Shown here one piece after another: positions 1 to 8,568 of a stretch of 64,000 nt of DNA. The position numbers were made by a program, and so were the translations under genes. Position 1 is the first letter of the stretch, and each line of letters opens with the position of its first letter. The notes beneath the pieces were generated by a model. It searched no databases, was not told the origin of the DNA, and was given only the letters and a program-made list of their open reading frames with translations. Source of the stretch: Candidatus Omnitrophota bacterium (GTDB lineage: Bacteria; Omnitrophota; Gorgyraeia; 2-01-FULL-45-10); contig JAUYOL010000036.1 of assembly GCA_030695905.1 (NCBI GenBank), positions 54,814 through 118,813 on the forward strand, written 5' to 3'.

Positions 1-263
1 ATAAAACAATCGTCCTCGATCTTAATACCCCTGTGGATGAGGGCCTTGCTCATGATCTTTACATTGTTGCCTACCACAACTTTCCGGTCGATGAATACAC
101 CGTTACCTATTACACAATCTTCTCCTATTGCGGCATCACGCATGATCTGCGAAAAATGCCAGACCGCGGTCCCCTTTCCTATCCTGGCAGATCTATCCAC
201 TACAGCTGTTTTTGCTATGGTAACGCCCTTACCCGGATTTATCTTAGATTCTCTTTTGCCCAT
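1..263 (-). CDS. Hexapeptide-repeat (left-handed beta-helix) sugar N-/O-acyltransferase, N-terminal part; gene continues past window start
   Basis: Minus-strand translation from ATG at 263 gives MGKRESKINPGKGVTIAKTAVVDRSARIGKGTAVWHFSQIMRDAAIGEDCVIGNGVFIDRKVVVGNNVKIMSKALIHRG..., imperfect [LIV]-G-x-x-x-x hexapeptide repeats typical of PglD/WbpD/NeuD-type acetyltransferases. Absent from the ORF track because no stop lies inside the window. Overlaps the stop of the upstream gene by about 25 nt. Confidence 0.5.
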   Translation of the reverse strand, partial: MGKRESKINPGKGVTIAKTAVVDRSARIGKGTAVWHFSQIMRDAAIGEDCVIGNGVFIDRKVVVGNNVKIMSKALIHRGIKIEDDCF

Positions 264-1213
264 TCTACGTTTCTCCTCAATCCTTCCTCGATACCGATTT
301 TCGGTTTCCAGCCGAATAGTCTTTCTGCCAGGCCGTAATTACAATTCAATTTTCTAACCTGTGCCGCCCTGTCGGCAGTATGCACTATCCTGGAATCGCT
401 GCCTGAGATGTCTATTATCTTCTTTGCGATATAATTCACACTGACATCCTTACCATTTCCAAAGTTCACTGCATTTCCCACCGCTTTCGGATGAGAGCCC
501 ATAACAAGGAAGGCATCGATCATATCATCAACATATGTAAAATCCCTGGTCTGTTTGCCGTCACCGTGTATCGTCAATGTTTCGCCTTTCAGTGCAAGGT
601 CTATAAATTTCGGTATGACATCGTAAGTATGACGCGGCCCATAAGTATTAAATGGTCTTATAATAGCAACCGGTATGTGATAGGTATTCCAATAGGCATA
701 ACAATATCGGTCAGCAGCTACTTTGCTTGCCGCATATGGCGATGATGGATAAAGAGGGTGCTCTTCACTGATTCTCCTGCCCAGCGTCATTCCGTATATC
801 TCGCTCGACGAAGTGCATACGATCCTTTTTGTGCACTTCGTTTCCATAACAGCATGCAACATGTTCAGCGTCCCTAAAACATTAGTTTCCATTACTTCTA
901 AGGGATGCGTAAAGGAATTAGGCACATAAGCATCGGCCGCGAGATGGAATATAATCTCCGGACAATTATTCTTTACCAGCGTCCTGCAGTCAGCACTTGC
1001 TATATCGCCCGTTATTATCTCTGCAAACCTTCTTTCCAGCGGCTTTATGTTCTTGAGGTTATATTGAGTAGTCCCTATGGTAGAATTACCTCGCACATAA
1101 ACCGAGACTTTGGCGCCATCCGCAAGCAGTCTTTCCGCAAGATGCGAACCCATAAAACCGTCGGCCCCCGTAACCAATATTCTTTTACTTTTATAAAAAC
1201 TTTTCATCAACAA
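239..1213 (-). CDS. NAD-dependent epimerase/dehydratase (extended SDR), UDP-glucuronate decarboxylase (UXS / ArnA C-domain)-like
   Basis: N-terminal Rossmann motif ILVTGADGFMGSHLAERLL. TSSSEIYG (Ser-rich catalytic strand as in UXS, not the D/E of 4,6-dehydratases). YAASK YxxxK motif. GDGKQTRDFTYVDD motif shared by UXS, ArnA-C and RmlB. Confidence 0.7.
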   Translation of the reverse strand: MLMKSFYKSKRILVTGADGFMGSHLAERLLADGAKVSVYVRGNSTIGTTQYNLKNIKPLERRFAEIITGDIASADCRTLVKNNCPEIIFHLAADAYVPNSFTHPLEVMETNVLGTLNMLHAVMETKCTKRIVCTSSSEIYGMTLGRRISEEHPLYPSSPYAASKVAADRYCYAYWNTYHIPVAIIRPFNTYGPRHTYDVIPKFIDLALKGETLTIHGDGKQTRDFTYVDDMIDAFLVMGSHPKAVGNAVNFGNGKDVSVNYIAKKIIDISGSDSRIVHTADRAAQVRKLNCNYGLAERLFGWKPKIGIEEGLRRNVEWAKENLR

Positions 1214-2928
1214 TCCCCTTTCATTTTTACAATAAATTTTTTCATTATTTTTCTTATTGGAGGCCCTTTTAACTCTTCTGCAGGAGTAACCCGTTCAAGA
1301 TCAATTAATCGCCTTACGAACCTTTTAAGCATTTTATAACAATTCTCTTTTACAATGCTACCTAAAAAAGCGCTGCTCGGAAAGCCTGTTATGCATATGG
1401 CGCTGGTTGGATAGCAATTCTCGGCAGGTCTGCCTCTCCACCATTTATAAAATAACGTCATGTTGGAAGGTATGAGGGATTTTTTGGAAATAGCGTATTC
1501 CAAAATATTATTCAGTATGATCGGCACTTCTTTATATTTACTTGTATGAGCATACACGATAACGGGAAGGCCGCATGAGAGCATCTCATCTATAGCTCTC
1601 TTGTAATATGTTGTTATCTTATCGATATCCTTCATTCCCGCGTTTAAAAATAATTCGGGAGCTACGGGAAAGACCGGAACCTGCAGGACATTCGATATCC
1701 TGCTGCCCAAGCTGGGATATGTTGGAAGGCCCAAGTAATCATATGAAAACTCCGAAGAGTACTCATAGCCTTCGTCTTCTAATGCGCGCGAGAGCCCCGG
1801 ATTCCACCTTCCTGCGGGAGAAACGAAGCCCTTTGTAGGAATGCCGAGGCCATCAAAAAATAACCGCGCCTTTTTAATATTATGGCGGTTGCTTTCATAA
1901 TCGCCGTAGGTGTGATGATAAAACCCATGCGATTGTATATCGATACCCTCGTTGTGCCATCTTTTTATTAAGTCCTGTTTATCGGAAAAATTATCTGCAT
2001 TGACAAATATGGTTATTGCATCCCGGTATTTAGTAAGCAAAGAGCTGAATGCAGAGATAGTATCCTCATGATATTCGTCTGCATCTATGCGCAAACAAAA
2101 TATATTCGGATAGTCGATCTTCATGCCCTTCATGTAAGTAATAAGCGGCTTCTTTGCCACCTCTTCCACAACCGACACTGATCCGTCTCCAAAAACTTTG
2201 AGCACCGAATCGCGCTTCCGCCATTCTGACAGCCGTTTCTTTAGAGAGGCTTTTTCTTCGGGACGTGCCCTCCCGTATGTCTTTGAGAAATTACTGTCCT
2301 GCACCGAATAGACCTTAACTCCTGCCTCGATCCGGGAGATGGCCTCGTTTATTTTTTTCGCTCCCAGGTATATATTTTTTATCCTCAGACCGCCTATGGT
2401 ATCACAAGGGTGTACACGCAGCCTTTCCTGTACTATTACATCGCCGGTATCGAGAGATTCGTCTATGAAATGGATTGAGACGCCGACCCTGTCAGGCTCA
2501 TTATTGTAAAGGGCCCAAAACTCTGAGTCCGAACCGCGATAGAACGGCAGTATTCCAGAATGAAGATTTATAGCGCCTGCCGGCGCTATAGAGAATACCT
2601 CCTTCTTTAGTTTCCTCGTCCCGACAACCACAATCAGGTCGGGCCTGATCGAATTAAGAAAATCTACACTATCAGGATTATTGATATTTTCCGTAAACTT
2701 TACCTTTACTCCCCGAAAATCCCCGGCCATTTCTTCGAAACTTCCGTATTTTAATCTTCCCGCTGCTTTTAATAAAAGGCTTTTTATATCCGTCCTTAAT
2801 CGCTCTACGGGCTTTTTCGCTCCGCCTTTTTCATACACTATGGCGCTTACTGAACGGCCCATCCTTAAAAGTTCTTCGGCCACTATCCTGCCGTCTATAA
2901 TATCGCTTGTTAATATAGCCAGCTTCAT
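1207..2928 (-). CDS. Bifunctional protein: N-terminal formyltransferase domain (Fmt/ArnA-N/WbkC-like) fused to C-terminal polysaccharide deacetylase (NodB/ArnD-like) domain
   Basis: NLHSGILPFYRGSDSEFWALYNNE...HFIDESLDTGDV matches the N10-formyl-THF transferase catalytic region (N-x-H-x-SLLP-x-x-RG ... D-x-G-x-D). The C-terminal half carries RIDADEYHEDT and SHGFYHH metal-binding motifs of the NodB-type carbohydrate esterase 4 fold. 573 aa; 7-nt overlap with the downstream SDR gene. Confidence 0.6.
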   Translation of the reverse strand: MKLAILTSDIIDGRIVAEELLRMGRSVSAIVYEKGGAKKPVERLRTDIKSLLLKAAGRLKYGSFEEMAGDFRGVKVKFTENINNPDSVDFLNSIRPDLIVVVGTRKLKKEVFSIAPAGAINLHSGILPFYRGSDSEFWALYNNEPDRVGVSIHFIDESLDTGDVIVQERLRVHPCDTIGGLRIKNIYLGAKKINEAISRIEAGVKVYSVQDSNFSKTYGRARPEEKASLKKRLSEWRKRDSVLKVFGDGSVSVVEEVAKKPLITYMKGMKIDYPNIFCLRIDADEYHEDTISAFSSLLTKYRDAITIFVNADNFSDKQDLIKRWHNEGIDIQSHGFYHHTYGDYESNRHNIKKARLFFDGLGIPTKGFVSPAGRWNPGLSRALEDEGYEYSSEFSYDYLGLPTYPSLGSRISNVLQVPVFPVAPELFLNAGMKDIDKITTYYKRAIDEMLSCGLPVIVYAHTSKYKEVPIILNNILEYAISKKSLIPSNMTLFYKWWRGRPAENCYPTSAICITGFPSSAFLGSIVKENCYKMLKRFVRRLIDLERVTPAEELKGPPIRKIMKKFIVKMKGDC

Positions 2929-3845
2929 TTTTCCGCCTCAAATATCTGTCTTATCTTTTTGTCGGATACCGCTATTGCCCGCAAGACATCTCTTCTACGG
3001 CGGATGACCCTGGGCAACATGGAAAGCGCCCACAGGCTGCCGGCAACCAGGTCAGAACGCATGCGTAAGACATTGTAAATGATCAGGAGTGGATATAAGA
3101 ATATATTGGAAAAAAGAATCGCCGGGTCATGTATATTTTTCCATACAAATAGATACGCGTTTCGCGCCGCCATCTTCTGCCGCCTCCTCTCGCCATAGAC
3201 CTTCTTGAAAGATGCGGAATCTTCATGATACGCTACTGCGCTCTCCTCATAAACACACAGCCATCCCCTCTGCCATGCCCTATAGCACAGGTCCATGTCT
3301 TCGTATGTGCCCGGCAGGTATATTGGGTCATAGCCTCCCAGTGCCATGAATTTTTCTCTGTCATACGCGGCAGTGCTTCCCACGAAAAAGGTATAATCAT
3401 TTTTATTCATATTCTTTAACTTATTCCTGAACAATCCCGTTCTAACTGAAAAATCCATACATCCGCCGGTTATGTTCACACCCTCCTTATCCAGGATCTT
3501 TGGCGCAGCCACGAAAACCTTATCATCATTCAATCTCTCTATCAGGCGATCTATGCAGCCCGGCGCCATGTAAGCATCGTTATTCAAAAGAAGTATTATC
3601 TTTTCGGGTATCGTTCCCAAAAAATCATTGTATGATGCCACAATACGGTTGACCTTTGCAACCACAACATTAACTGAAGGAAAGTTCTCTTTTATAAAAG
3701 CGACGCTATTGTCGCTGCTCTTATTGTCAAGGACCGTAACTTTAACATTATGAGATGAGTTCCCCGCTTCTTTCACGACAAGCGGTAGATACTCCTTCAA
3801 TATATCTACGCCGTTATAATTCAATATTACTATATGAGCATCCAT
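2925..3845 (-). CDS. Glycosyltransferase family 2 (GT-A fold)
   Basis: 306-aa ORF; N-terminal VILNYNGVDILKEYL...LDNKSSDNS...LLNNDAY pattern (GT2 DxD region), then YDREKFMALGGYD typical of WbbL-type GT2 enzymes. Confidence 0.65.
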   Translation of the reverse strand: MDAHIVILNYNGVDILKEYLPLVVKEAGNSSHNVKVTVLDNKSSDNSVAFIKENFPSVNVVVAKVNRIVASYNDFLGTIPEKIILLLNNDAYMAPGCIDRLIERLNDDKVFVAAPKILDKEGVNITGGCMDFSVRTGLFRNKLKNMNKNDYTFFVGSTAAYDREKFMALGGYDPIYLPGTYEDMDLCYRAWQRGWLCVYEESAVAYHEDSASFKKVYGERRRQKMAARNAYLFVWKNIHDPAILFSNIFLYPLLIIYNVLRMRSDLVAGSLWALSMLPRVIRRRRDVLRAIAVSDKKIRQIFEAEK

Positions 3846-3855
3846 CTCTAATACC

Positions 3856-5418
3856 TTAGTCCTTTACCGCTGCTTTTGAATAAGTGCTCCGTACTATATA
3901 GGTAAGCGAAAATGCGACGGCTATGACAAGTAGCAATAACAGGCCAAAGACCTGCATATTATATTCGGACCTTATACCAAGCACCTTTAAAAACCAAAAA
4001 TCAAAATTATTATAACCAGACATACTACCTCTCACAGGAGAGATAAGTCTATAGTCGGGATTATATACAAACGGAATGTCTAACCCCTTTGTAATAAATA
4101 TTATACGGGTAATAACCATCTTCCATCCTCCCAGGATGGGTGAAAGATCCGGAATAAAATTTACCATGTATTCCGGGATGCCAAGCTTTTCTTTGACAAA
4201 GAAATAAAATTTTGACTGATTTATAAGCATGCACGGAAGCATGATGAAAAAACCGGCAATAGACAAAACCCACGCCGCTGATTTTGCGGTTAAATTTTTA
4301 TTATTTTCCAGAAAATCGCCTATCAAGAATATCAGAAATGCGACAGACGGCAAGAGATAGCGCGGCCCCCAGGCAAAGAGGGACCCGCGCCTGAAAGACA
4401 TGGCAAAAAATATAAGGCTGGATATGAAGATAAGCAGAAAAAGGACCGCCTCTTTTTTTCTTTTCCCGGAAATTCCTGCCAAGCCTATAAAAGACAGGAT
4501 AATGGGAAGATTAAAGATAAAAAATCCTTTTCCCGTGCTTATCAGATAATAATATAAGCCCTTTAGCACATGTGGCGCTTCCGCCACGCGCCCGGTGACC
4601 GCGAGCGCTTCCCTACTCCCGAATTTTAATAATTTTCCGTAAATAACATAATTATATGCTGTTATCAAAACAAGGAATACGGCTAAAACCGTTAACAATA
4701 CAGAGGCATCCTTAAGAATCTCCGCCTTGGCCCGCGCTCCGCTGAATATCAGGCAACACGCATAAATAGTAAAGGCCGGCAGGAAAATTATTGCGGTTGA
4801 CTTTGTAAAGACCGATAGCCCTATCGCAGTTCCTGCTAATAATAGATATTTTATTTCAGCGGAATTTTTGTACTTCAAGATAAAATAAAAAGCGAAAAGC
4901 ATGAATAATATCATGACCGGCTCCTCAAACCCGGTCCTCGAATATGCGGGGGCCATTGTTGCCAGACCGTAGATGAAGGCCAGGATAATAGAAATACGCC
5001 TTGAAAAAAAAAGATTTGTGGAAATAATAAATATCAGCAGACAATTTATTGCCGATACAAGAGGGTTGGAAAAAGAAACAAAGAACATTGTTATGAAATC
5101 ATGCGGGATGTTTTTAAAAAAATGCGCGGTTATATGACCTGTGTAAAAAAATACCGAAAGGATAACAGGCACGGCCAGACCTCCTCTGGAGCTGTATGTA
5201 TTTCCGCCACTTCCCTCAATGCCCGACTTTTTCATATAGCCAAACCCATCTATATCGGTAGGGCTGTCATTAAATGCCAGGCTATGATTTAGCACGATGC
5301 TTTTTGCGGTAAGGTAATCCTCATAACCGTCTCCGCCGTAATGACCGATTGAAAATAAACAATACAAAGACATAAAGAATACCGCTATGGCTATGGCGCA
5401 CATTCTTTGATTATTCAT
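3856..5418 (-). CDS. Polytopic membrane glycosyltransferase, GT-C fold (PMT_2/ArnT-like)
   Basis: More than 10 predicted TM helices plus periplasmic loops. Start moved to internal Met (MNNQRM...) preceded by AAGGAG 9 nt upstream; the annotated longer ORF (to 5445) overlaps the upstream gene by 35 nt. Confidence 0.45.
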   Translation of the reverse strand: MNNQRMCAIAIAVFFMSLYCLFSIGHYGGDGYEDYLTAKSIVLNHSLAFNDSPTDIDGFGYMKKSGIEGSGGNTYSSRGGLAVPVILSVFFYTGHITAHFFKNIPHDFITMFFVSFSNPLVSAINCLLIFIISTNLFFSRRISIILAFIYGLATMAPAYSRTGFEEPVMILFMLFAFYFILKYKNSAEIKYLLLAGTAIGLSVFTKSTAIIFLPAFTIYACCLIFSGARAKAEILKDASVLLTVLAVFLVLITAYNYVIYGKLLKFGSREALAVTGRVAEAPHVLKGLYYYLISTGKGFFIFNLPIILSFIGLAGISGKRKKEAVLFLLIFISSLIFFAMSFRRGSLFAWGPRYLLPSVAFLIFLIGDFLENNKNLTAKSAAWVLSIAGFFIMLPCMLINQSKFYFFVKEKLGIPEYMVNFIPDLSPILGGWKMVITRIIFITKGLDIPFVYNPDYRLISPVRGSMSGYNNFDFWFLKVLGIRSEYNMQVFGLLLLLVIAVAFSLTYIVRSTYSKAAVKD

Positions 5419-6352
5419 GCGAAAGAGCTCCTTTTTTCTTATCAAAACCGTGCCTCAATAAGATAAAACTGAATACAGGCCCCAATATGAACGTCAATGT
5501 CATCGTTATTATTCTGTCGGTAAGAGTCGCGAGCGCGCCGGATGCGAATGAGACATCGGTCAATGTAGAGACAGCTCCTACCGCAGCTTCTTTGATCCCG
5601 TAGGCGCCCGGGACTATGCTCATGAAATGCGTTATGATATTAAATGGAGCTATAAGCACGCAGGAAGTGAATGTAACGGGCAAAGAAAATATCCTGAATA
5701 GCACAAAATAACGCGCCGCCATAGACAATATTATCAGGAGATCCCAGAAAGAAAGGATCGTGATTGTCCTGGCGTCTTTACGAAGCACTTCCCATCCTTC
5801 AAAAAATTCATTTATCTTTACAAAGAGGCCCTTCTCGGGGAGTTTAATCCTCGGCATTAAAAAAAGCACCAGAGACCCTGCGATCATGCCAAAAAATAGC
5901 ACTAGAAAAATTATTTTATCTATGCGGTGCGGCAGACCGGAGCATAAACTGAAAGCGAAACCAACCAATCCCGAAGCAAGGATCGTGATCAATCCTGTTG
6001 TGATCAATATACCCATGTATTTATTATAATCCAGATCATACTTGTTTTTTAAATACAGGCCGCAGGCCGCAGTGCCGCTTTTTGGGGCGAGATAATTATA
6101 GAAATTATTTACGCATGACATGCCGAACCATTCCTTAAATAAAAGCCTTATATTGAACGACTCCAGTATCTTCTTGGTCTTAAGCCCAAGGCATACTTTA
6201 TTAGCAATATTAAGCAGCACCAGCAAAACAAGGAAATACGGCTTTATTGAGACCGCCTCTTTGATCTGATTAAAGTTCTTCTTTATATAAAAGGCAAACG
6301 CTGCCGTTATAATAATAATCAGCACTAGTTGTGCTATGTTTTTTTTAGACAT
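5411..6352 (-). CDS. Flippase-like integral membrane protein (lysylphosphatidylglycerol-synthase TM-region / UPF0104 family)
   Basis: 313 aa, about 8 TM helices, no soluble domain. Resembles the flippase-like domain commonly adjacent to GT2 polyprenyl-phosphate glycosyltransferases. Confidence 0.45.
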   Translation of the reverse strand: MSKKNIAQLVLIIIITAAFAFYIKKNFNQIKEAVSIKPYFLVLLVLLNIANKVCLGLKTKKILESFNIRLLFKEWFGMSCVNNFYNYLAPKSGTAACGLYLKNKYDLDYNKYMGILITTGLITILASGLVGFAFSLCSGLPHRIDKIIFLVLFFGMIAGSLVLFLMPRIKLPEKGLFVKINEFFEGWEVLRKDARTITILSFWDLLIILSMAARYFVLFRIFSLPVTFTSCVLIAPFNIITHFMSIVPGAYGIKEAAVGAVSTLTDVSFASGALATLTDRIITMTLTFILGPVFSFILLRHGFDKKKGALSHE

Positions 6353-6974
6353 ATTTTCCGATGGCCTTTTCCAAATAATTTTTTACCACACCTTTGATAT
6401 TGTCCATACTGCCTTCGGCTATCCTCACATTAGGCACTGCCCTGTACATATCGTCATACAGAACGCTCTTGACTATGAAGTATTCCTTATCGTATTCCCT
6501 TTTTCTGTCATAAGCCAGGGCCGGCTCCGACCTTAGAAAAAATACTATGTCCGGCTGTATTATACATTTCTTAAACATGACAAGGAAACCTTTTCTCATA
6601 ATGCCCAAATACACGCCCTGCACGATATCGTCATAAAAATATCTGTCCGTAACTATGTTATGCTGTATATTATTTTTATATCTGTGATACTGCAAGTTAA
6701 AACACAAAAGATTGATGAACAGAACCATCTTTTTCATGCATTTCGAAATAAAAATAGATATACCGCCTTTTTTCTTTCTGAGATTTTCTTCCAGAGAGCG
6801 TTGTGCGTTTTTTGAAACTTTCCCGATAACCTTATGGAGTATCTTATGATAAAAGGAATCCCGTATAATATGCGAATATTCTGCCGTAATATTTCTTTTT
6901 CTTAAATAATCCAAGACAAATTCAGCAGCTGTAGTTTTGCCTGAACCATCGATCCCCGAAAAAGCTATTATCAC
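6345..6974 (-). CDS. P-loop nucleoside/nucleotide kinase, thymidylate-kinase-like fold
   Basis: N-terminal IIAFSGIDGSGKTT Walker A, identical in form to the dTMP kinase signature. 209 aa. 8-nt overlap with the downstream gene and 2-nt gap to upstream rtcB-like gene. Confidence 0.5.
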   Translation of the reverse strand: MIIAFSGIDGSGKTTAAEFVLDYLRKRNITAEYSHIIRDSFYHKILHKVIGKVSKNAQRSLEENLRKKKGGISIFISKCMKKMVLFINLLCFNLQYHRYKNNIQHNIVTDRYFYDDIVQGVYLGIMRKGFLVMFKKCIIQPDIVFFLRSEPALAYDRKREYDKEYFIVKSVLYDDMYRAVPNVRIAEGSMDNIKGVVKNYLEKAIGKYV

Positions 6975-6975
6975 T

Positions 6976-8568
6976 TTATCTCCACCCTTTAAGGTCCGCT
7001 AACGGCCGTAGCCTGGCCACCGGCTCTGCTATATTATTTTTTGAGATAACATCCAATATTTTATCTACATCCTTAAATGCCTTAGGCGCTTCTTCCGCGA
7101 TATAACCATTGCCATAATCGTAAATCTTGACATTGTTTCCGCGCACTTCATCGATCACATTCTTTGCGTCAAAAATTTGCCTTGCCGCACCTCTATCCAC
7201 CAGCCTTCCCGTGCCATGGCATGTCGAATAATAGGAGCCGGCGCATCCTTTTGTGGCAGCGCATAAAAAGGAATGCCGCCCCAAAGAACTGGGTAAAAGG
7301 ACCGGCTGCCCTGTCTTCGAAAAAACAGGATGGCCGCTGAAATAGCGCGGCGGATATGCCCTGCAGGCGCCGTTCCTGTGCACATAATATTCCTCTCCGT
7401 CTATCCGTTCTTTCTGTAATGCATCGTGGTTACCGTCATACAGGATATTCAGGCAACCGCCGTCCTTGCCAAACGTCTTTTGCAGTGCGCGCTGTATGAC
7501 AGAGGCCATATACGCCCTGTTCGCGTAACCAAAATTAATAGCGCAATAAGTACTTATAAGGTACGAACGCCCTTCTTCGTTATTTGCGTCTATCCCTTCG
7601 AATATAAAATTCTTTTTTTTGTTCCACTTATCCACCTTCCAGTATACAGTTGATTTGATCCTGTTTAAATTTTTATTAACTGACCTCAAGAAATCCCTGA
7701 GAATATATGATGACCCGAACATGCTGTAATAAAGCTTTTTATATATCTGCTGTGCGCCGAAAAGCTTTTTTGCTTTCTGAGAATAGAAATCGAAGATCGA
7801 CTGTCCAAAATCTCTTGAATCGCTGTGTATCATGAAGCAAACCTGGCTCTTTTTAATGCCGAAAAGGCCGGCTACATCTTTATTGATTATATCGTCGATT
7901 ACCTGAAGTTCTATAAAGTGATTGCCATAACCCAGGACCCCTATGCTGAAAAGGCCTATGTTCTGACACGCCTTCGGCACATAGGACATTATTTCAGTTA
8001 TATCCGTTTTATCATTCTTAAAAAGAGACCCGTTGTTCTCAAAATTCATCAGGTCCGACGGATCAATGCCATGTTTTTCTACGGCCCAGCCCGCGCCTTC
8101 TTTTATGATATGCTTAAGATCGTCATGCGAAATTATAGGAGCATTTCTCATGGAGACCGAGATGTTCTTCTGCAAATATCCGAATATAGAATCCAGCGCG
8201 TTTTCGTTTATATCACCTGACGAAAATTCCGTCTTAATAAAAGACATTGCGCAGTTCGCGTTCACGAACTTCGGAAATATCCTGTCCTTTGAAAGAACGA
8301 CTACGCCCGTAGGCGTATGGTAGGAATATTTGAAATGAACATCCGGCAGGGCCACTATCGGCCTGACAACGCCCTCGGTCCCGGCCATCTTCTCAAGTAT
8401 AGTAGACGTATTTTCGTCTATACCGTAATCCGGGTGTGTAAATATCCTGACATTGCTGCTCATCGTTAAATCATCCCCCGATCTCAGAGTATATCTTATC
8501 GTACTCGGCCGCCATTGCGTCCATTGTAAAACATCTCTTAACACCATCCTGAGATTTATTTGCGACAT
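6976..8568 (-). CDS. rtcB: RtcB-family 3'-phosphate RNA ligase homolog (530 aa, N-terminal extension)
   Basis: Ordered RtcB motifs: ALPDVHFKYSYHTPTGVV (cf. MPDVHLGKGSTIG), NANCAM (metal Cys), LGYGNHFIE (GNHFIE), MIHSDSRDFG (HSGSRG), YDGNHDAL (HHN), STCHGTGR (SHGAGR), APKAFKDVD (PMAYKDID). Confidence 0.8.
   Translation of the reverse strand: MSQINLRMVLRDVLQWTQWRPSTIRYTLRSGDDLTMSSNVRIFTHPDYGIDENTSTILEKMAGTEGVVRPIVALPDVHFKYSYHTPTGVVVLSKDRIFPKFVNANCAMSFIKTEFSSGDINENALDSIFGYLQKNISVSMRNAPIISHDDLKHIIKEGAGWAVEKHGIDPSDLMNFENNGSLFKNDKTDITEIMSYVPKACQNIGLFSIGVLGYGNHFIELQVIDDIINKDVAGLFGIKKSQVCFMIHSDSRDFGQSIFDFYSQKAKKLFGAQQIYKKLYYSMFGSSYILRDFLRSVNKNLNRIKSTVYWKVDKWNKKKNFIFEGIDANNEEGRSYLISTYCAINFGYANRAYMASVIQRALQKTFGKDGGCLNILYDGNHDALQKERIDGEEYYVHRNGACRAYPPRYFSGHPVFSKTGQPVLLPSSLGRHSFLCAATKGCAGSYYSTCHGTGRLVDRGAARQIFDAKNVIDEVRGNNVKIYDYGNGYIAEEAPKAFKDVDKILDVISKNNIAEPVARLRPLADLKGWR

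Noticed and set aside
33-357. Two overlapping plus-strand ORFs (101 and 106 aa) at the window start
   Set aside because: They lie antisense to a clear minus-strand hexapeptide-repeat acyltransferase reading frame (1–263). They have a low-complexity, Cys/Ser-rich composition and no start context, so they are almost certainly spurious.
4061-5292. Plus and minus small ORFs (60–90 aa) inside membrane-protein genes, e.g. 4061–4273 (-) and 5101–5292 (+)
   Set aside because: Fully embedded in long, motif-supported minus-strand CDSs; alternative-frame artefacts of AT-rich sequence.
7155-7385. 76-aa minus-strand ORF inside the rtcB-like gene
   Set aside because: Out-of-frame overlap with a gene whose RtcB motifs are continuous across this region; not an independent gene.
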